Shown one piece after another: positions 14,307 to 28,019 of a stretch of DNA of 64,000 nt (positions within the stretch are counted from its first letter, which is position 1; each line of letters begins with the position of its first letter). The DNA is taken from the NCBI RefSeq assembly GCF_022539665.2, contig NC_081332.1:2232001-2296000 (forward strand), read 5' to 3'. The position numbers and the translations under genes are program-made. The stretch is from Daphnia carinata. Taxonomy: Eukaryota. The notes under the pieces were generated by a model, which saw nothing but the letters and a program-made list of their open reading frames with translations, had not been told where the DNA came from and searched no databases.

Positions 14307-15551
14307 CTAAGATTTTTGATATCGAGAGAGAGAGAGAGTTTGACTTAATCTTTGGCATGTAACAACCAGGCGAACCGGAGTGCAAACCAACCCAATGCAA
14401 AATGCTTTATTTTAAAACCATCACCAAAAAAAAAAAGCTGTGCGAATGAATGAGATTGCGAAACTGCTGGTACACGACATCCCTTCTGTCACCAAACGAT
14501 TCACATTTTGTGCTGGGGGGGGGGGGAGGGGGTCAAACGGGCAACATCCAAAATCTTTTTAAACAACGTCCGTAGATTTCATTTGTTTTGCCACAACCAT
14601 TTCGAGATGCCCATCGAAACAACCAATGCCCCAAACCGAATCCATATTTTGGCTATATCCTTACGACCATATTCGGCCTGTGAAACTCAAAGTCAATAAC
14701 GACTCCATCTTTCTTTTTGTTGTTTTTTTTTTTGTTTTTTGTTTTTTCTTCTTCGGACGGTTTTTGCTGTGATCTCGAACGGACGTGAGGAAATTGTTTA
14801 GAAAAGAAACAAATAAAAATGTCCTCCTCGCAGCCGCTACCGTCAATCAGCGCGACAACAGATAGAAGCCTGGACAGAGAAGGACCTCGGCGAAAAACAA
14901 AAGAAACAGTAGCGTTAAAAACAAAAATAAAAAGACACGGTGCCAAATTTCAGCTGTTGGTTCTATATTAGAACTGTGCCGAGGTTGAGCTCCACTGTCG
15001 CCAAATCGACTTGCGAACGCAAAACTTCCCCTAAGGAACCCGTTGCACGTTTCAAAAACCGGAATCAGGTGATGTTTTGAAATGAAGAAAAAACAAAAAA
15101 AAAAAAAAAAAAAAAAAAAGGGCGGCACTGATGTCGTGAAAAACAAAAAATGAGATACAGCACGTCTGCAAAACAAGTTTCGATTCGTCTTATACCACAT
15201 CACCTATCACATACACAACTGTGTATTACACACTATGCCATAATATGGCCAGGTAGCATGTTGAAGGGTGTACACTTCATAAGAGGACACCAAGGTCAAA
15301 CGGCGGAGAAGAACACAATGAAATATAAAATATTTAAAAGAAAAAAAAAAAAAACACACACACACATGTGTGAACGAAGAGCGTTCGGACACGGATGAGA
15401 GAGAGAGAGAGAGAGAGATAGGTATGAACGACGCCGATTCCGGCGAGTGAATGGTTAGCTGCCGTATTCCCTCCCACAACCTCGTCCGCTGGAAGCAAAC
15501 CTCCCCCCCACCCTTCAACCGATCGACGCTGGCGACGTCTCAAACTAGTCT

Positions 15552-15559
<8 letters not shown>

Positions 15560-15600
<41 letters not shown>
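15560..15600. repeat. (CT)n microsatellite
   Basis: About 20 units; further (GA)n and (CA)n tracts at ~5724, 7031, 15397 and 15700. Confidence 0.9.
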
Positions 15601-15601
<1 letters not shown>

Positions 15602-18600
15602 AAACACATACACAAGGCCTTGCCCCTTTGGTCTCATGCTCTCTATTCACGTCATACTTGCAACCACACACGTCTTTTTTCGAACTGATGGATCGGCTCT
15701 GTGTGTGTGTGTGTGTGTGTCTCTCGTCTGCCAGTGCCAATAACCCAAAGGCACGTCCCAATCAAATTGACGCGCATTGAATAGACTCGCCAGCATAAGT
15801 GATATAAATTATTCATGCAAAAATTAAATTAAAAAAAAAACCAGTTGATGCATTCACTTATTTATCAATTCAAGATTTATTTTTTTTTTGGCAAAAACGG
15901 ATTTGCGTATAGGCAAAAAACGTGACAGTTGGATAAGGGCTAAAAGTCGGGAAAACCTGTTGAGGACGAGCCCACCCCTCGAACGTATGCGTTTGAGCCC
16001 CACCTCAGGAACGTTATTATTGTTTTATACGTTTCATTAAGTACCGTCCGTTTTTTTTTCACTTTCCTCCATCAATATCAATTACGTTTAATTCATAAAT
16101 AAAAAAAAAAGAGGGGGAGAGAAAAAATGAGTCATACCCCATTAACGGACGGTTTCGAGATTCAAATTCCACTTAATTAAACCAGGAAAAAAAGAGATTA
16201 ATTCAAAAAAGGATGGCCATTCCCAAAACGAGTTTTAAAAAAGGGAAAGTGGCAGAACAACTCACTGGTTTCTTACACGTATAATTATTTTAGTTTTTTT
16301 TTTTGGCAATCCAACAAAGAGGACTTTGAAAGGCTACCATGTGAGAACGCAAACCTTTCGCTTTCCGTTTCGTTTTTTTTTTCCCTTTCATTTTAATCTG
16401 GATTTTCGACACGCAGACAATTGAAGATCGTCTACCGTTCTTAATCTAAAGAAAGAAAAAAAAAACAGCCGTTAGTCGGTTTACCATTTACGGATCGTTA
16501 TCGCTGAAATTCTTTGGTTTGCGTCAATAATAAAAGAAAGAAAAAAAAAAAAAAAGGAACCGCAAAACACTGTTAGTTCGTGTCGGTTTGCCCTTCAATA
16601 TCTAATGCAGTGAAACGACTATTCAACCAAACGAAACAAGCCAACTTTTTGCCCCGCCAATGGGTTTACGTCAATATAACCGATCTTCCGTGTACTGTAG
16701 TACATCCATTACCTCTACGCGTTGATGGGTACTTTTCGAGCAACATGCCATCTGTTGGAGGGATCAGGCAAATCATGAAGCATTCAAAAAACTAAATCAA
16801 ATGGCAAAACAACAACAAGCCTAAAAAAAAACAAAAAAAAACAAAGGGGAATGCGATAATATACATGCCATTCAGCGACTGCCACACGAATATCGATTGA
16901 AAAAAAAAAAGGGGGAAGGTCGTTTTCATTAGCCAAGCAACGTCTAATCCGTTCGTAATCCTAATTGTTTTGATCTCCAATACGAGAAGAGCAGTGGGGC
17001 GGGGGGGGGGTATGCAAAATGGAGAGAATGCCACTTAGCAAGACGAGAACGTTCATTAAGGATAGCCGACACGTCATCGCCCTTTGCTTAAAACAACACG
17101 CTGGCTTTTTTTTTTTTTTTTTTTAGAGATCTAATAGTAGACACTAAGCAATTTTTTTTTGTTCAAACAATTCGATGATGCGAACCGAAAACGTAATGTG
17201 ATACAAACACACACATGCGCATCTTTGGTATCGACCATTTATATATCGATCGCTATAGAATGATTTTTTTTTTTTTTTTTTTAGAATTGCGAATGAGTTT
17301 TTTTTTTTCGAAAAAGTTCAACTTTCGACTATTGGTGTAAATGCATTCACGCGATTCAATATGCGAACCATGTCAAAATCGAAACATGAATGAAAGTACG
17401 TGGGATTTCACACAGCCGGTGGACTTGCAGCAATTGAATAAATAATTCTCCACGTCATCAGTGTGGAACTATTTTTTTTTTCCCTTCCTTATGCCATCTG
17501 CTATCTTCAACATGCATCTGCTTAGCGTCGCCCACAAACATTTCAAGAACAAACGACTGGAATGCTTCTCAAGGCTGCACGTACAAGACGGAAACATTCA
17601 TTCTCTCACAGTTGCAGCTCCGAGCAAGTGCATTAAAAAAGAAAAGTAAAGAGACATGGCAACGGCGTTGCTAAAAACAAATTTATGGAAATCTACTTGA
17701 AAATATTTTGAATATTAGAAACAAAAAAAAAAATGCCTTTAACCGTGGGTCACCCATAGTGAATCAAAGGCAAACGTAATATGAAAACGTTTAGACTCTC
17801 AGTCGCTTCGGAATTCACTCAACGGTCCCACGAGAAGGTCAGTTTACATGGTCGGACAAAGCGAGAAGTTCTTATGTTGGTGCTAATAAATTAAATTGAA
17901 CCTCTCAAGTCGAAACAGTCACTTCGTGAAGTCGTGTTAAACTATGCAAAATTCAAAAGTCTTTAAATTCAACAACTTCAAAAAGAAGGAAAAAAGAATT
18001 TCTTCCACCGAATAAACCAAGCAGGTTTCCATGAAATGGCACAAATTCTCGAGAAGGGATAGCATTAAATGGTCTGAAGACTGAAGCAGGATTGCTATTC
18101 ATAACTACAAAAGTCGAAGGTTTCGCGCCACCACTTCTAACAAATACCAGTTGTGTTATTATAATTCACAACGTGACACAAAAGAAAAAAAAACTTTCGT
18201 TTTCCCGTTCGCCATTTTGCATGACGGACTCGACAAGGTCAACAGCTATTAAATTCAAGCAGGAAACAGAAATTCCTCAGAGAGCAGGTGGTAAGTAATG
18301 TTAAGAAAGCAAACGCAGAGGATTGCTACTTTGGTAATGCATCGACTGCATCGACAAGTGTAAACAATTATGCCAGATGCCGAAAAAGAATATTCTGTCG
18401 GTCGGTTTGGAATAAAAATTGTCAAAACGAATCAAACCACAGCCCAGTCTGGGGAAACGAAACAGCTGACTAACCCATACACAACCACATTGCGCGAAAT
18501 CATCGTGTGTTGATCCAGGAAACACATGCTTCAAAGGAAGCAGTCAAAGTTTTCATGGGGCACAGTAGCAACTAGCTACCTTAGACTTTTAAAACGGTCA

Positions 18601-18706
18601 CTACTGAGTGTTGAAATGCAGGATGCATGAAAATCAAGCATCAGCATCAATATTTTGAGCAAGCAATACTAAACTACAAAAGCAAAGCCAAAATGTCAAG
18701 ACTTAC

Positions 18707-18856
18707 TTCTTTACAGTGGAAACTTGATGAAGAATGTGGGTGTTGTCATTTGAGATTGCATCTACGAATATTTCTTGGCCTTTAGGAACATTTCCATTTC
18801 CATCTTCCAACATAGCAGGCATCCAAAGCCCTGTCATGGTCACGGAACTTCCTTTC
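18707..18856 (-). CDS. Putative upstream coding exon of the same minus-strand gene (MTGLWMPAMLEDGNGNVPKGQEIFVDAISNDNTHILHQVSTVK)
   Basis: Acceptor tgtttcAG| before 18856, ATG at 18837, donor AA|GTAAGT after 18707. It ends in phase 2, which joins in frame to the 14306 acceptor. Confidence 0.45.
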
Positions 18857-19886
18857 CTGAAACAGATTGGACAAAACATTACTATAATATAATAAAAAGT
18901 GATAGATGCACGAATCCTTAGAGCAATTATAGAAAACCCAAAAACAGGCAAACCCTGTTAAAAATACATGTGGTGTACGAGAGTATACTCAAATACACCC
19001 AGTGGCAAAAATAACCTTCATTTGCAACACTATTTCCAGTGCTGCTCTGAAGGCCATCATTGTTAATAAGCACATGGATTTGAATTAAAAGTTTAGGTAT
19101 TAGCATGCTGAACACACCTTTCTTAATACATGAAATCAATATTAACATTGGAAAAATTCCGATTTTCATGAAAAGAAATTCCGATCTACGTGAGGTGTGT
19201 TTAGTTTACTTTTAAAAAAATCATCTGTTCATGCAAAATCGTAAATCATACCAGGAAGCAATTGGTGTGTCATTCTACAAGTAGTTGGCAACAATCAGAT
19301 CATAACTTTTATGGAGGATTCTTCAACTAAACTGACTGGAGATCGACAACTAAAGTACTTTAAACGATACATTAAGAACAATAACTTCTCCACATGACTG
19401 AGGCTGAAGGTAAAACAACATTCAACACCATCACTTGTCGGAAACTGACAAACGTGTTTTCTTTTGCCACCACGCATACAATACCATCTATCGCGTGGAA
19501 TTGCAACTCTAGCGGTAAAACGTACCACTGTGGCTGCCCACATGCGGTAACAAAGTACAGTACTCAAACTCTTGAACAAGCGTGAGAAAAATATTTTCAG
19601 CCATGCAATTCATTGCGTTCACGAGATTTCAGTTAGATGTACTGTACCTTAGCTTTTTTACCGATTTCAATATTGGGCCAAGTTCGTTAGGCGTTGTCGG
19701 CTAAGTCTTTAGATTTCTGTTGGCCCCTTCTCGTACTGCCCTAAACAAATTCATCGTGCAACGGACATTGTTCCAGAATTGGATATTCAAATTCAGCACA
19801 GTTAAGGGGATATGGGTGATCGAGGGAATAATTTATGAAATAAAAAAGCGATACATTTTTAAATTATGTATGAGCAAGGGATTTCA

Positions 19887-22760
19887 TCATTTTAACTTGT
19901 ACTGTAAGTTGTTCGCAATCAAATGATTTTCAACAGATTTACTTAAACAACGCCGAAAATCTTTCACCAGTTTCAAAAAAAATGTTTTAGTACTAACGGT
20001 ATTTCCGAAACGTAGGCTAACAACTAACGGGTCCACGTCATAACTCATTGAAAAATTGACAACAGCAAATGGCGTTACATTTTCAGGTGACGTACAGGAC
20101 AGCAATGACGTAATAGCTCTTTCGCGATCGAGCACAGATTTGGCATTTTCACTCACAACTTGGCTAGCTAACTCTTCGCGTTTGTTAGTACAGACATCAA
20201 ATGGTACAGTCATTAAATAATTAGTCCTCCATTTCAAAAGAGAACCATTTTCGTCTTGAATAGAGAAATTGGAATCAATTTTTTTATGTTTCTTTTTAAT
20301 TTGGGTATTTTCTTCAAATTGAATACCATAAGAAAAACTAAATAAACTACCTACAAATTGGCCAACGGACCGAACCAAGTTTTCCGCTTCTTCAGGACTA
20401 GTCCCATCGTCAATCGGTTGAAATCTGAGAAACACTGAAGACTCGAGAGGAGATTCAACGACTTTGGCATGGGACAGTTTCGTTTTTACGGTAGTTTTCA
20501 AGAGATCTAAAACATCGGCTTCTTTTTTTACATCCAAAATCCTTACGCAGGTATGCTCCGCGGATTCGCAAAGGGACTGGAACAACTCAAAATGCCGAAA
20601 ATTAAAACATACGTTGAAATCGAGTTCGAACGGGTCTTGAACAGTCAACAAGCTCAATTTCAAAGGAGGTCTTAAATCACGGTTTTCATCGTTGCACGGC
20701 AGTTCTTCTTTAGCAGAAATAGCAGAATCTTTAAATTCAATTTTAGGTACAAGTTTCCCTTGAAGCGGGCACACAACCATTTCACTCGCATTGAGGTTCC
20801 GATAATAACGAAAAAACCCAATCAATAAATCAATAATGGTTATCTGAGATGCGATGTTAACTGATTCTGTAACAGATGGTACTTTGTAACTTATGTTCCA
20901 TCCATTGCAGGACATCCGTTCTTCAACTGACACTGCGCTCTGTAACGATTCCACATTTGGGATAAGAGGGGGGTCAATTTGTTGTAAATAGTATACAGCC
21001 ATAAGAGTCAAGGCATAACTCGACAAGGATGATTCAGGAGAACTAATCAAACGATGACTCTTCGCCCAGAATTTTAGCGCGTACAAATAAGGTCTGATTC
21101 GGACATCCAAGCTTTGCAGGGCGAACAACAGCTTCGAGTTTTGGACGCCGATGATGTTATTACAAGTGAGATCGCACTTAATTCCTGTTGGAGAGTGGAC
21201 GAATTTTAAAACTGGTATACGTGCGTGGGAGACGACGAACAAATCGGATACGTCTGGATGACGGCGTATGATGTGAGATGCTCGGCGGAGAACGTCAATC
21301 ACATGTTCCCGCTGTTTTTCCAGCGTTTCTTCTTGAGACGAAAATGGCTCCCTATCAGAGGACACACTGTCATCTATAAAAAGATGAAAATAATTACGTT
21401 TACCAGTATAAAAAATGAAGAAAAAATTTTCTAATTTACAATTTTTAATTTCTAAGTTCAATACAAACAAAGCTTCGTTTCATACTTGTCGGAGTTTCCA
21501 TGAAGATGTCAAGATCTGATTCACCACGAAAAGCTAATCCAGAAACAGACGATCCAAACAGGTGAAGTCGGCAAGATGGAAATTCGAGTGACAACCATTC
21601 TTCTAGCGTTGAGATAATCTGTGTCTGTCGGCACTTTTCTTCTTTTGTGACTTCCAAGACTGTGGGCAGCGAACGAAGCTGTTCGTCAATAGACATCTCA
21701 GGATCTGTTTTCATGGATTCTTCCAATGCATTTTTAAAAATTTCTATGTGATTCGTCACACCATCTAGAATAGAGTGAAATATAGGAAAAAAGTATATTA
21801 GTTTGATTAGATTGCCAACAGAAAATTTGATTGACATGTACAGATTCTAATAGCCTGACGCCTCTTCCTACTAACACTAACACCTTACGAGTTAGGACGA
21901 AGACATCGGACATGCCCCTGAATCGGTAGTAACGGAGCAGTAGATTACGGAAATAAATGGAGAACTAATGATACCGTAAATTTACGTAGGTTAGATTACG
22001 AAACGTCTAGGATAAATTGATGAAATTAGTAAGCTTAAAATAAACCTTTTGGTGTGGTTGTTTGATGCTGAACGGCTCTTCGTGGACGAACCACAATTAC
22101 ACTTCCTTCAACATGGTGAGAGCTTTTCAGTGCTGCATGGGCCTGCTTTCTTTAAATAAGCCAATTTTATAATAAACTTTGAATAGCACTACAGTTCATG
22201 CTGAATCCACTAACCTTGACTTGAACTGCAACAGTGCTCGGTTTTCTGTTTCATATCTTTGGATGGCAACCACTTGTCCAAAGCTTTTAAAATGTTCCAG
22301 CAATGTTGCATTGTTAACTGAAGTTGGAATTCCTATTCATTTTGTTCCGAGACACATTTTAACAATAATATTGAAATATCAGAATGCTCAAATAACTACT
22401 CGCTGTATCTTTAAATGTCTCACCTGTAACATAGACTCCTTCACTGCATGCTTGTCCCTCTATTCTCTTTTTTGTTTTTACTTGGTTTAACAAAGAGATA
22501 TGCTTTTTCCCCTTCAAATGTTGTTCCATGCTGCTTCGATCCACCCTGATATTGCAAACAGCACACAACTGTTTTGCCATATAGGTTGTCTTTTGCTGAA
22601 TTAAAATACAGAAGTCATTGTACAATTACTGGCTACAGGATTGTTGGTCAAGGTAACCTCCAAAACTTTATGTACGAAATATTTAAACCGGTAACTGCCT
22701 TCAATCGCAGCCGAAACTTATTTAAACAAACACCGATAAGCGTACCTTGACCTTATCCAT
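19887..22760 (-). CDS. TUT1: Terminal uridylyltransferase 1 / Star-PAP-like non-canonical nucleotidyltransferase (multi-exon)
   Basis: Exon 1 MDKVK (22760-22746), then a matrin-type zinc finger CAVC...HLKGKKH, an RRM-like segment (GVYVTG...), NTase motif FGSSVSGLAFRGESDLDIF, third Asp region CDLTCNN, SSYALTLMAVYYLQ, and PAP-associated QDPFELDFNV. ZF+RRM+NTase order matches TUT1 rather than MTPAP or TUT4/7. Stop at 19887-19889. Confidence 0.85.
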
Positions 22761-23045
22761 TTTTCTCAATATCTTATCAAGAACGTGTGCTGATGCACCC
22801 TTGATTCGTGAATGATAGCTCAATGCCTGGGACTGTTACAGGTGGAAACTGGAAAGCAACTTCATTAATTTGTTTTGGAACATGAGCAAAACGTGGTTCG
22901 ATTTCGCAAAGCAGACAACATTTGCATTATTGAGCCACCAGATGTCCTAGATGTCTTAGATGTGAAGTGGGTGGTTTCTTCATATTTCGCTGTGTAGTCC
23001 CACAGGACAGGAGTTTCTGAAGCAGTTTCACCGGTCGAAATCTCG
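22761..23045. promoter_or_regulatory. Probable bidirectional promoter TUT1 / AP-2 alpha, including the AP-2 alpha non-coding first exon
   Basis: TUT1 ATG at 22760 (-). A plus-strand donor CTCG|GTAAGA at ~23046 and an acceptor ttacAG at ~23804 lie just upstream of the AP-2 alpha ATG. Confidence 0.5.
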
Positions 23046-23828
23046 GTAAGAATTGTGAGCAAGGTTTTCGTTTATTTTTGCCAAAACCTGGCAGTTATCA
23101 TTATGTTTGGAATGTCCAATGGTTGTGTTGAGTTTGCCAACAACGCGGAAGAATGACGTTTCGAAGCTACTCCAAACTCACTGGTTTATGTTTCCAAAGG
23201 CTGACAAGACTCCACATTTAAAATTCTTAAATTCTTATATATACTGTTAATAGCCCTTTCAAAGTTTAGCTCATATTTTCCTGAGAAGATTACGTTATGA
23301 GGTTTGACAGCAAAAGGTTTATACATTAACAATGTGTTAAAATTAGTAACCTCTTGTAAAAACAATTCTCATTCAGTCGTATTGTTATGCTTGTGTCAGT
23401 CTACTGAAAACAGGAATCTATTTTAATTTAATGATACTAGTTGAAGAAGAATTCTTTTTTTTAGATGTTTTTATTACAATAATTAGTTGTGAAAATTGTT
23501 TTGAGTACGTATTGGTTGCAAATGAACCACAAAATGTCACAGGATTTTCTTTCCATTTTGTTTCTATTTTAATGTCATTTCAAATTATAACTAGGCAGAT
23601 TTAAAAAAGTGTTTATCATGAAAGTTTATCGTACGAGACCTTTTACAAGGCAGCATCATGAAATCAATATCGGTGGCTTCGTATGCTTTGACGACTTGGC
23701 GCAAGCGCTCTCGCAACCATAGATGTTTTTCAAATATACTCTTCTACAATAAGATTCACTGTATGTTTGGATTAGCATGTTTCTTTTAACTTTTTCCATT
23801 ACAGTTACGAGTGGATAACAAAAAGAGA

Positions 23829-26800
23829 ATGCCGGCCGTCAGAGGAGATGGTATGCGAGGCCTGGCCGTCTTCATTTCAGACATTCGAAATTGTATGTTT
23901 TTCTTTCTTTTCTAATTATTTTGGATTAATTAATGTTTTAAAAATCTTTATGCAGGCAAAAGCAAAGAAGCCGAAATTAAGCGGATTAACAAGGAACTGG
24001 CCAACATACGATCGAAATTTAAAGGGGACAAAACATTGGATGGATATCAGAAAAAGAAATATGTTTGCAAGTTGTTATTCATTTTTCTGTTGGGACATGA
24101 CATCGATTTCGGCCATATGGAAGCCGTCAATCTACTGTCGTCCAACAAGTACACCGAGAAGCAAATAGTACGTCAAAATACTTCAACTTCTCCAGTAATT
24201 TTGCGTACTAACATTTACTATTCTATGTATTTTTGTCTAGGGCTACCTTTTCATCTCGGTGCTGGTAAACACTAACAGCGACCTGATTCGCTTGATCATT
24301 CAGAGCATAAAGAATGACCTAGCTTCACGAAATCCAATTCATGTAAATTTGGCACTTCAGTGCATTGCCAACATTGGGAGCAAAGAAATGGCAGAGACGT
24401 TTGGTACAGAAATCCCGAAACTGCTTGTGTCGGGGTATACATTCCATTTGTCTATCAGTGTTTTAAAATAAGGCCTGTTTAAAATAATAATTTATGAATA
24501 GAGACACAATGGATGTTGTTAAGCAATCGGCTGCCCTCTGCCTTTTGAGGTTGCTACGAACGTGCCCAGAAGTCATACCCAGTGGAGAATGGACGTCACG
24601 TATCATTCATTTATTGAACGACCAACATCTAGGAGTTGTGACAGCTGCTGCTTCTTTGATTGAAGCTCTGGTAAAACGTAACACTGACGAATATAAAGGA
24701 TGCGTTAGTTTAGCCGTGTCTCGTCTGAGTCGGGTAATTAAAATATATGAATTCAAATTTTTAATTCCTATTACAATGTAAACAATGTTTTCCGGAATTT
24801 TAGATCGTGACAGCAAGTTACACAGACTTACAGGACTACACTTATTACTTCGTACCAGCTCCTTGGCTGTCTGTTAAGCTTTTGAGACTACTTCAAAATT
24901 ATCCACCACCGGGTACGGCCTTAGTTCCGTTCAATACTAATATTCTTCTACATATGAACAATTCTTTTTCTTAAAGAGGATGCCGGCGTTCGTGGACGTC
25001 TAACTGAATGCTTAGAGACTATCTTGAACAAGGCGCAAGAACCGCCGAAATCGAAGAAAGTACAGCATTCCAATGCTAAAAACGCGGTGCTTTTTGAGGC
25101 AATCAGCCTAATCATCCATGCAGATAGGTGGGTTTTTTATAAAATCAAACCGGATATATGATTTTTTATTGCTCTGTCACGATCGGCTATGGCCGCGCCG
25201 TATTATCAGTGTTGCATTTTAAATTCTCTTTCGCCGTAATTCACTGACTTGTTTTGCACGTTTTAGTGATGCAACATTGCTTGTTCGTGGATGTAATCAA
25301 CTCGGCCAATTCTTATCCCACCGTGAAACGAACTTGCGATACCTAGCGCTAGAGTCGCTTTGCCTGTTGGCTACTTCAGAATTTTCGCACGACTCTGTCA
25401 AAAAGCATCAGGAGACGGTCATCAATGCACTTAAGGTAAAAGGTATTCATACCACCACGAGAAATGAATTAGTTAAATATTCAATTTTCTAGACGGAACG
25501 GGATGTATCGGTTCGTCAACGAGCTGTGGATCTTCTGTATGCCATGTGCGATAAGAGCAACGCCGAAGAGATTGTCCAGGAAATGTTAAATTATCTCGAA
25601 ACTGCCGACTATTCTATTCGAGAAGAAATGGTGAGCATTTATCGGTTGATTGTTTTGACACCCAAATGTGTTTACTCGTGCGATTCTTTCAGGTGTTGAA
25701 AGTAGCTATTTTAGCTGAAAAATACGCCACAGACTACACGTGGTACGTCGATGTTATTCTCAATTTGATTCGCATCGCTGGTGACTACGTTTCCGACGAA
25801 GTCTGGTTCCGCGTTATCCAGATTGTTATTAACAGAGATGATGTTCAGGGTTACGCAGCTAAAACAGTTTTCGAAGTATATACTTGTTTTTTTTTCATTA
25901 ACTGTTGGATTCATTCAATGTTTAACGAGACAACTTTTAAAACAGGCTCTTCAAGCGCCAGCGTGCCACGAAAATATGGTGAAAGTAGGTTCCTATGTTT
26001 TAGGGGAGTTTGGCAATCTTATTGCCGGAGATCAACGCTCTTCCCCCGCTGTCCAGTTCCAACTTCTACATTCCAAAGTAAAAGCAGCCCTTTTTATTTT
26101 TGTCTGACGTCATGCTCACAAGAATTTTCCCATTTCAGTACCATCTTTGTTCGGCCAATACTCGCGCTCTTCTTCTGACCACATACGTTAAGTTCGTCAA
26201 TTTGTTTCCGGAAATCAAACATCTCATTCAGGACGTTTTCAAAGCTGACAATAATCTACGTAGCGCTGATGCTGAGCTACAGCAACGTGCTTCCGAATAC
26301 CTTCAACTTAGTATTGTTGCCTCCACGGATGTTCTTGTAGGGTTTTCTTTATTGATTTTGGCTACATTAAAAAGCAAACTTGATTGAGTTTATTGATATC
26401 ATTTTGACTTTGCTACATAGGCAACTGTTTTAGAAGAAATGCCTCCCTTCCCTGAACGTGAATCTTCAATCTTGGCAATATTAAAGAAGAAGAAGCCGGG
26501 TCGTGTGGCCGAGCCGGGAGCACCAGGAAGCGATGGAGCTACTCCTAAAGAGCGAAAAAGCCCTGCGTTGAATGCCGTGACGAATCACGCGAATCATAAT
26601 ACTAGTGGCCAGAGCAACGATCTTCTTGGTCTGGCGTCTCCTTCTGCACCGACAACGACACAAAATCCTGCTCCATTAGTCGACATGCTTGCCGATGTGT
26701 TCAGCTCAGCGTCCCCGCCGAGTGTCAATAATGGATTCGGTTCTTCATTCCAACCGATCGACAATTTGAAGAAGTATTTCATTCAATTTCTTTTTCCCAT

Positions 26801-28019
26801 CAATTTTTCCCCAATTCACTTCCCGCAACTCCGTTCCGTTTATCGTTTTGTTTAAACTTGATTATTTAAAGTTTTCTTCTATCGACGAAAGTCTAGACAT
26901 CATAACTAAGATTACTTTGAATTATCGCCTGCTGTTTGTAACTGTAAGGCCAGGCAATTTTCCGCTATGCTTAATAATGGTATCATCATTTTCTGCGGTT
27001 AGGTTCGCATGCAAGAATAACGGAGTGCTTTTTGAAAACGATCTGCTACAAATTGGAGTCAAGTCCGAATTTCGTCAGAATCTCGGGCGTATCGCGCTAT
27101 ATTTCGGCAATAAAACTTCATTCGCACTACAGGTAGTCAAATGAGACTGATCCATATGAAATTCTTTGGCCTTGTTTTATTTTTTTTCAAACGAACATGT
27201 CGTGATTTAGGGGTTTTCTTCTTCGGTGGGTACTCCAGGAGATCTGGCAACAAAACTGATTCTTCAAGTGAAGCCCGTCGATGTGAACGTAGATGCAGGC
27301 GCACAAATTCAACAGCTGGTCAACGTCGAATGCGTCGACGAGTTCTTGGGTATACATTTTTTTTTTCTTGTTTTTGAGCTACTGTAATTACAGTTTGTTT
27401 ATTTTTACGAGACTGGTCAGTGACTAACGTCAGCTATTTCTTTTCTAGAATACCCGACGCTAACTATTCTCTTCCTTTACAACGGAGTGCAACAGCGGTT
27501 GAGTTTGAAGTTGCCGTTGACGATTAATAAGTTTTTTGAACCTACCGAGATGAACTCGGAAGCATTCTTTACACGTTGGAAGAATCTCAGCGGGTGAGTG
27601 TGACAAGCTATTTTCAATCACTGTTCATTTAATGTACGGTTTAACGAAATGCGGTCGTAATTCAGATCCAATCAAGAAGCCCAGAAAATATTCCAAGCCA
27701 CTCAACCGATCGATGCATCTCATATTCGCACGAAATTGATCGGCACAGGTATGAAATTGCTAGACGGTATTGATCCGAACCCGGAAAATTACGTTAGTGC
27801 TGGCATCATACACACTCGAACGCAACAGATTGGTTGCTTATTACGGCTCGAACCCAACCGTCAAGCCCAGGTGAGAGCGAATTAACAATTTCTAAACATC
27901 ACGTGAGCTTTAAATGTCAATTCATTTGTTGTTGTTTTTAGATGTATCGGCTGACGATTCGTTCAAGCAAGGATTCGGTGGCAAAGCTGATATGCGAGCT
28001 TCTGTGCGATCAGTTTTGA
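23829..28019 (+). CDS. AP2A: AP-2 complex subunit alpha (alpha-adaptin), multi-exon
   Basis: N-terminus [45 protein letters not shown], then [50 protein letters not shown], appendage [29 protein letters not shown], and C-terminus [23 protein letters not shown]...LLCDQF*. Canonical GT-AG introns. Confidence 0.97.
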
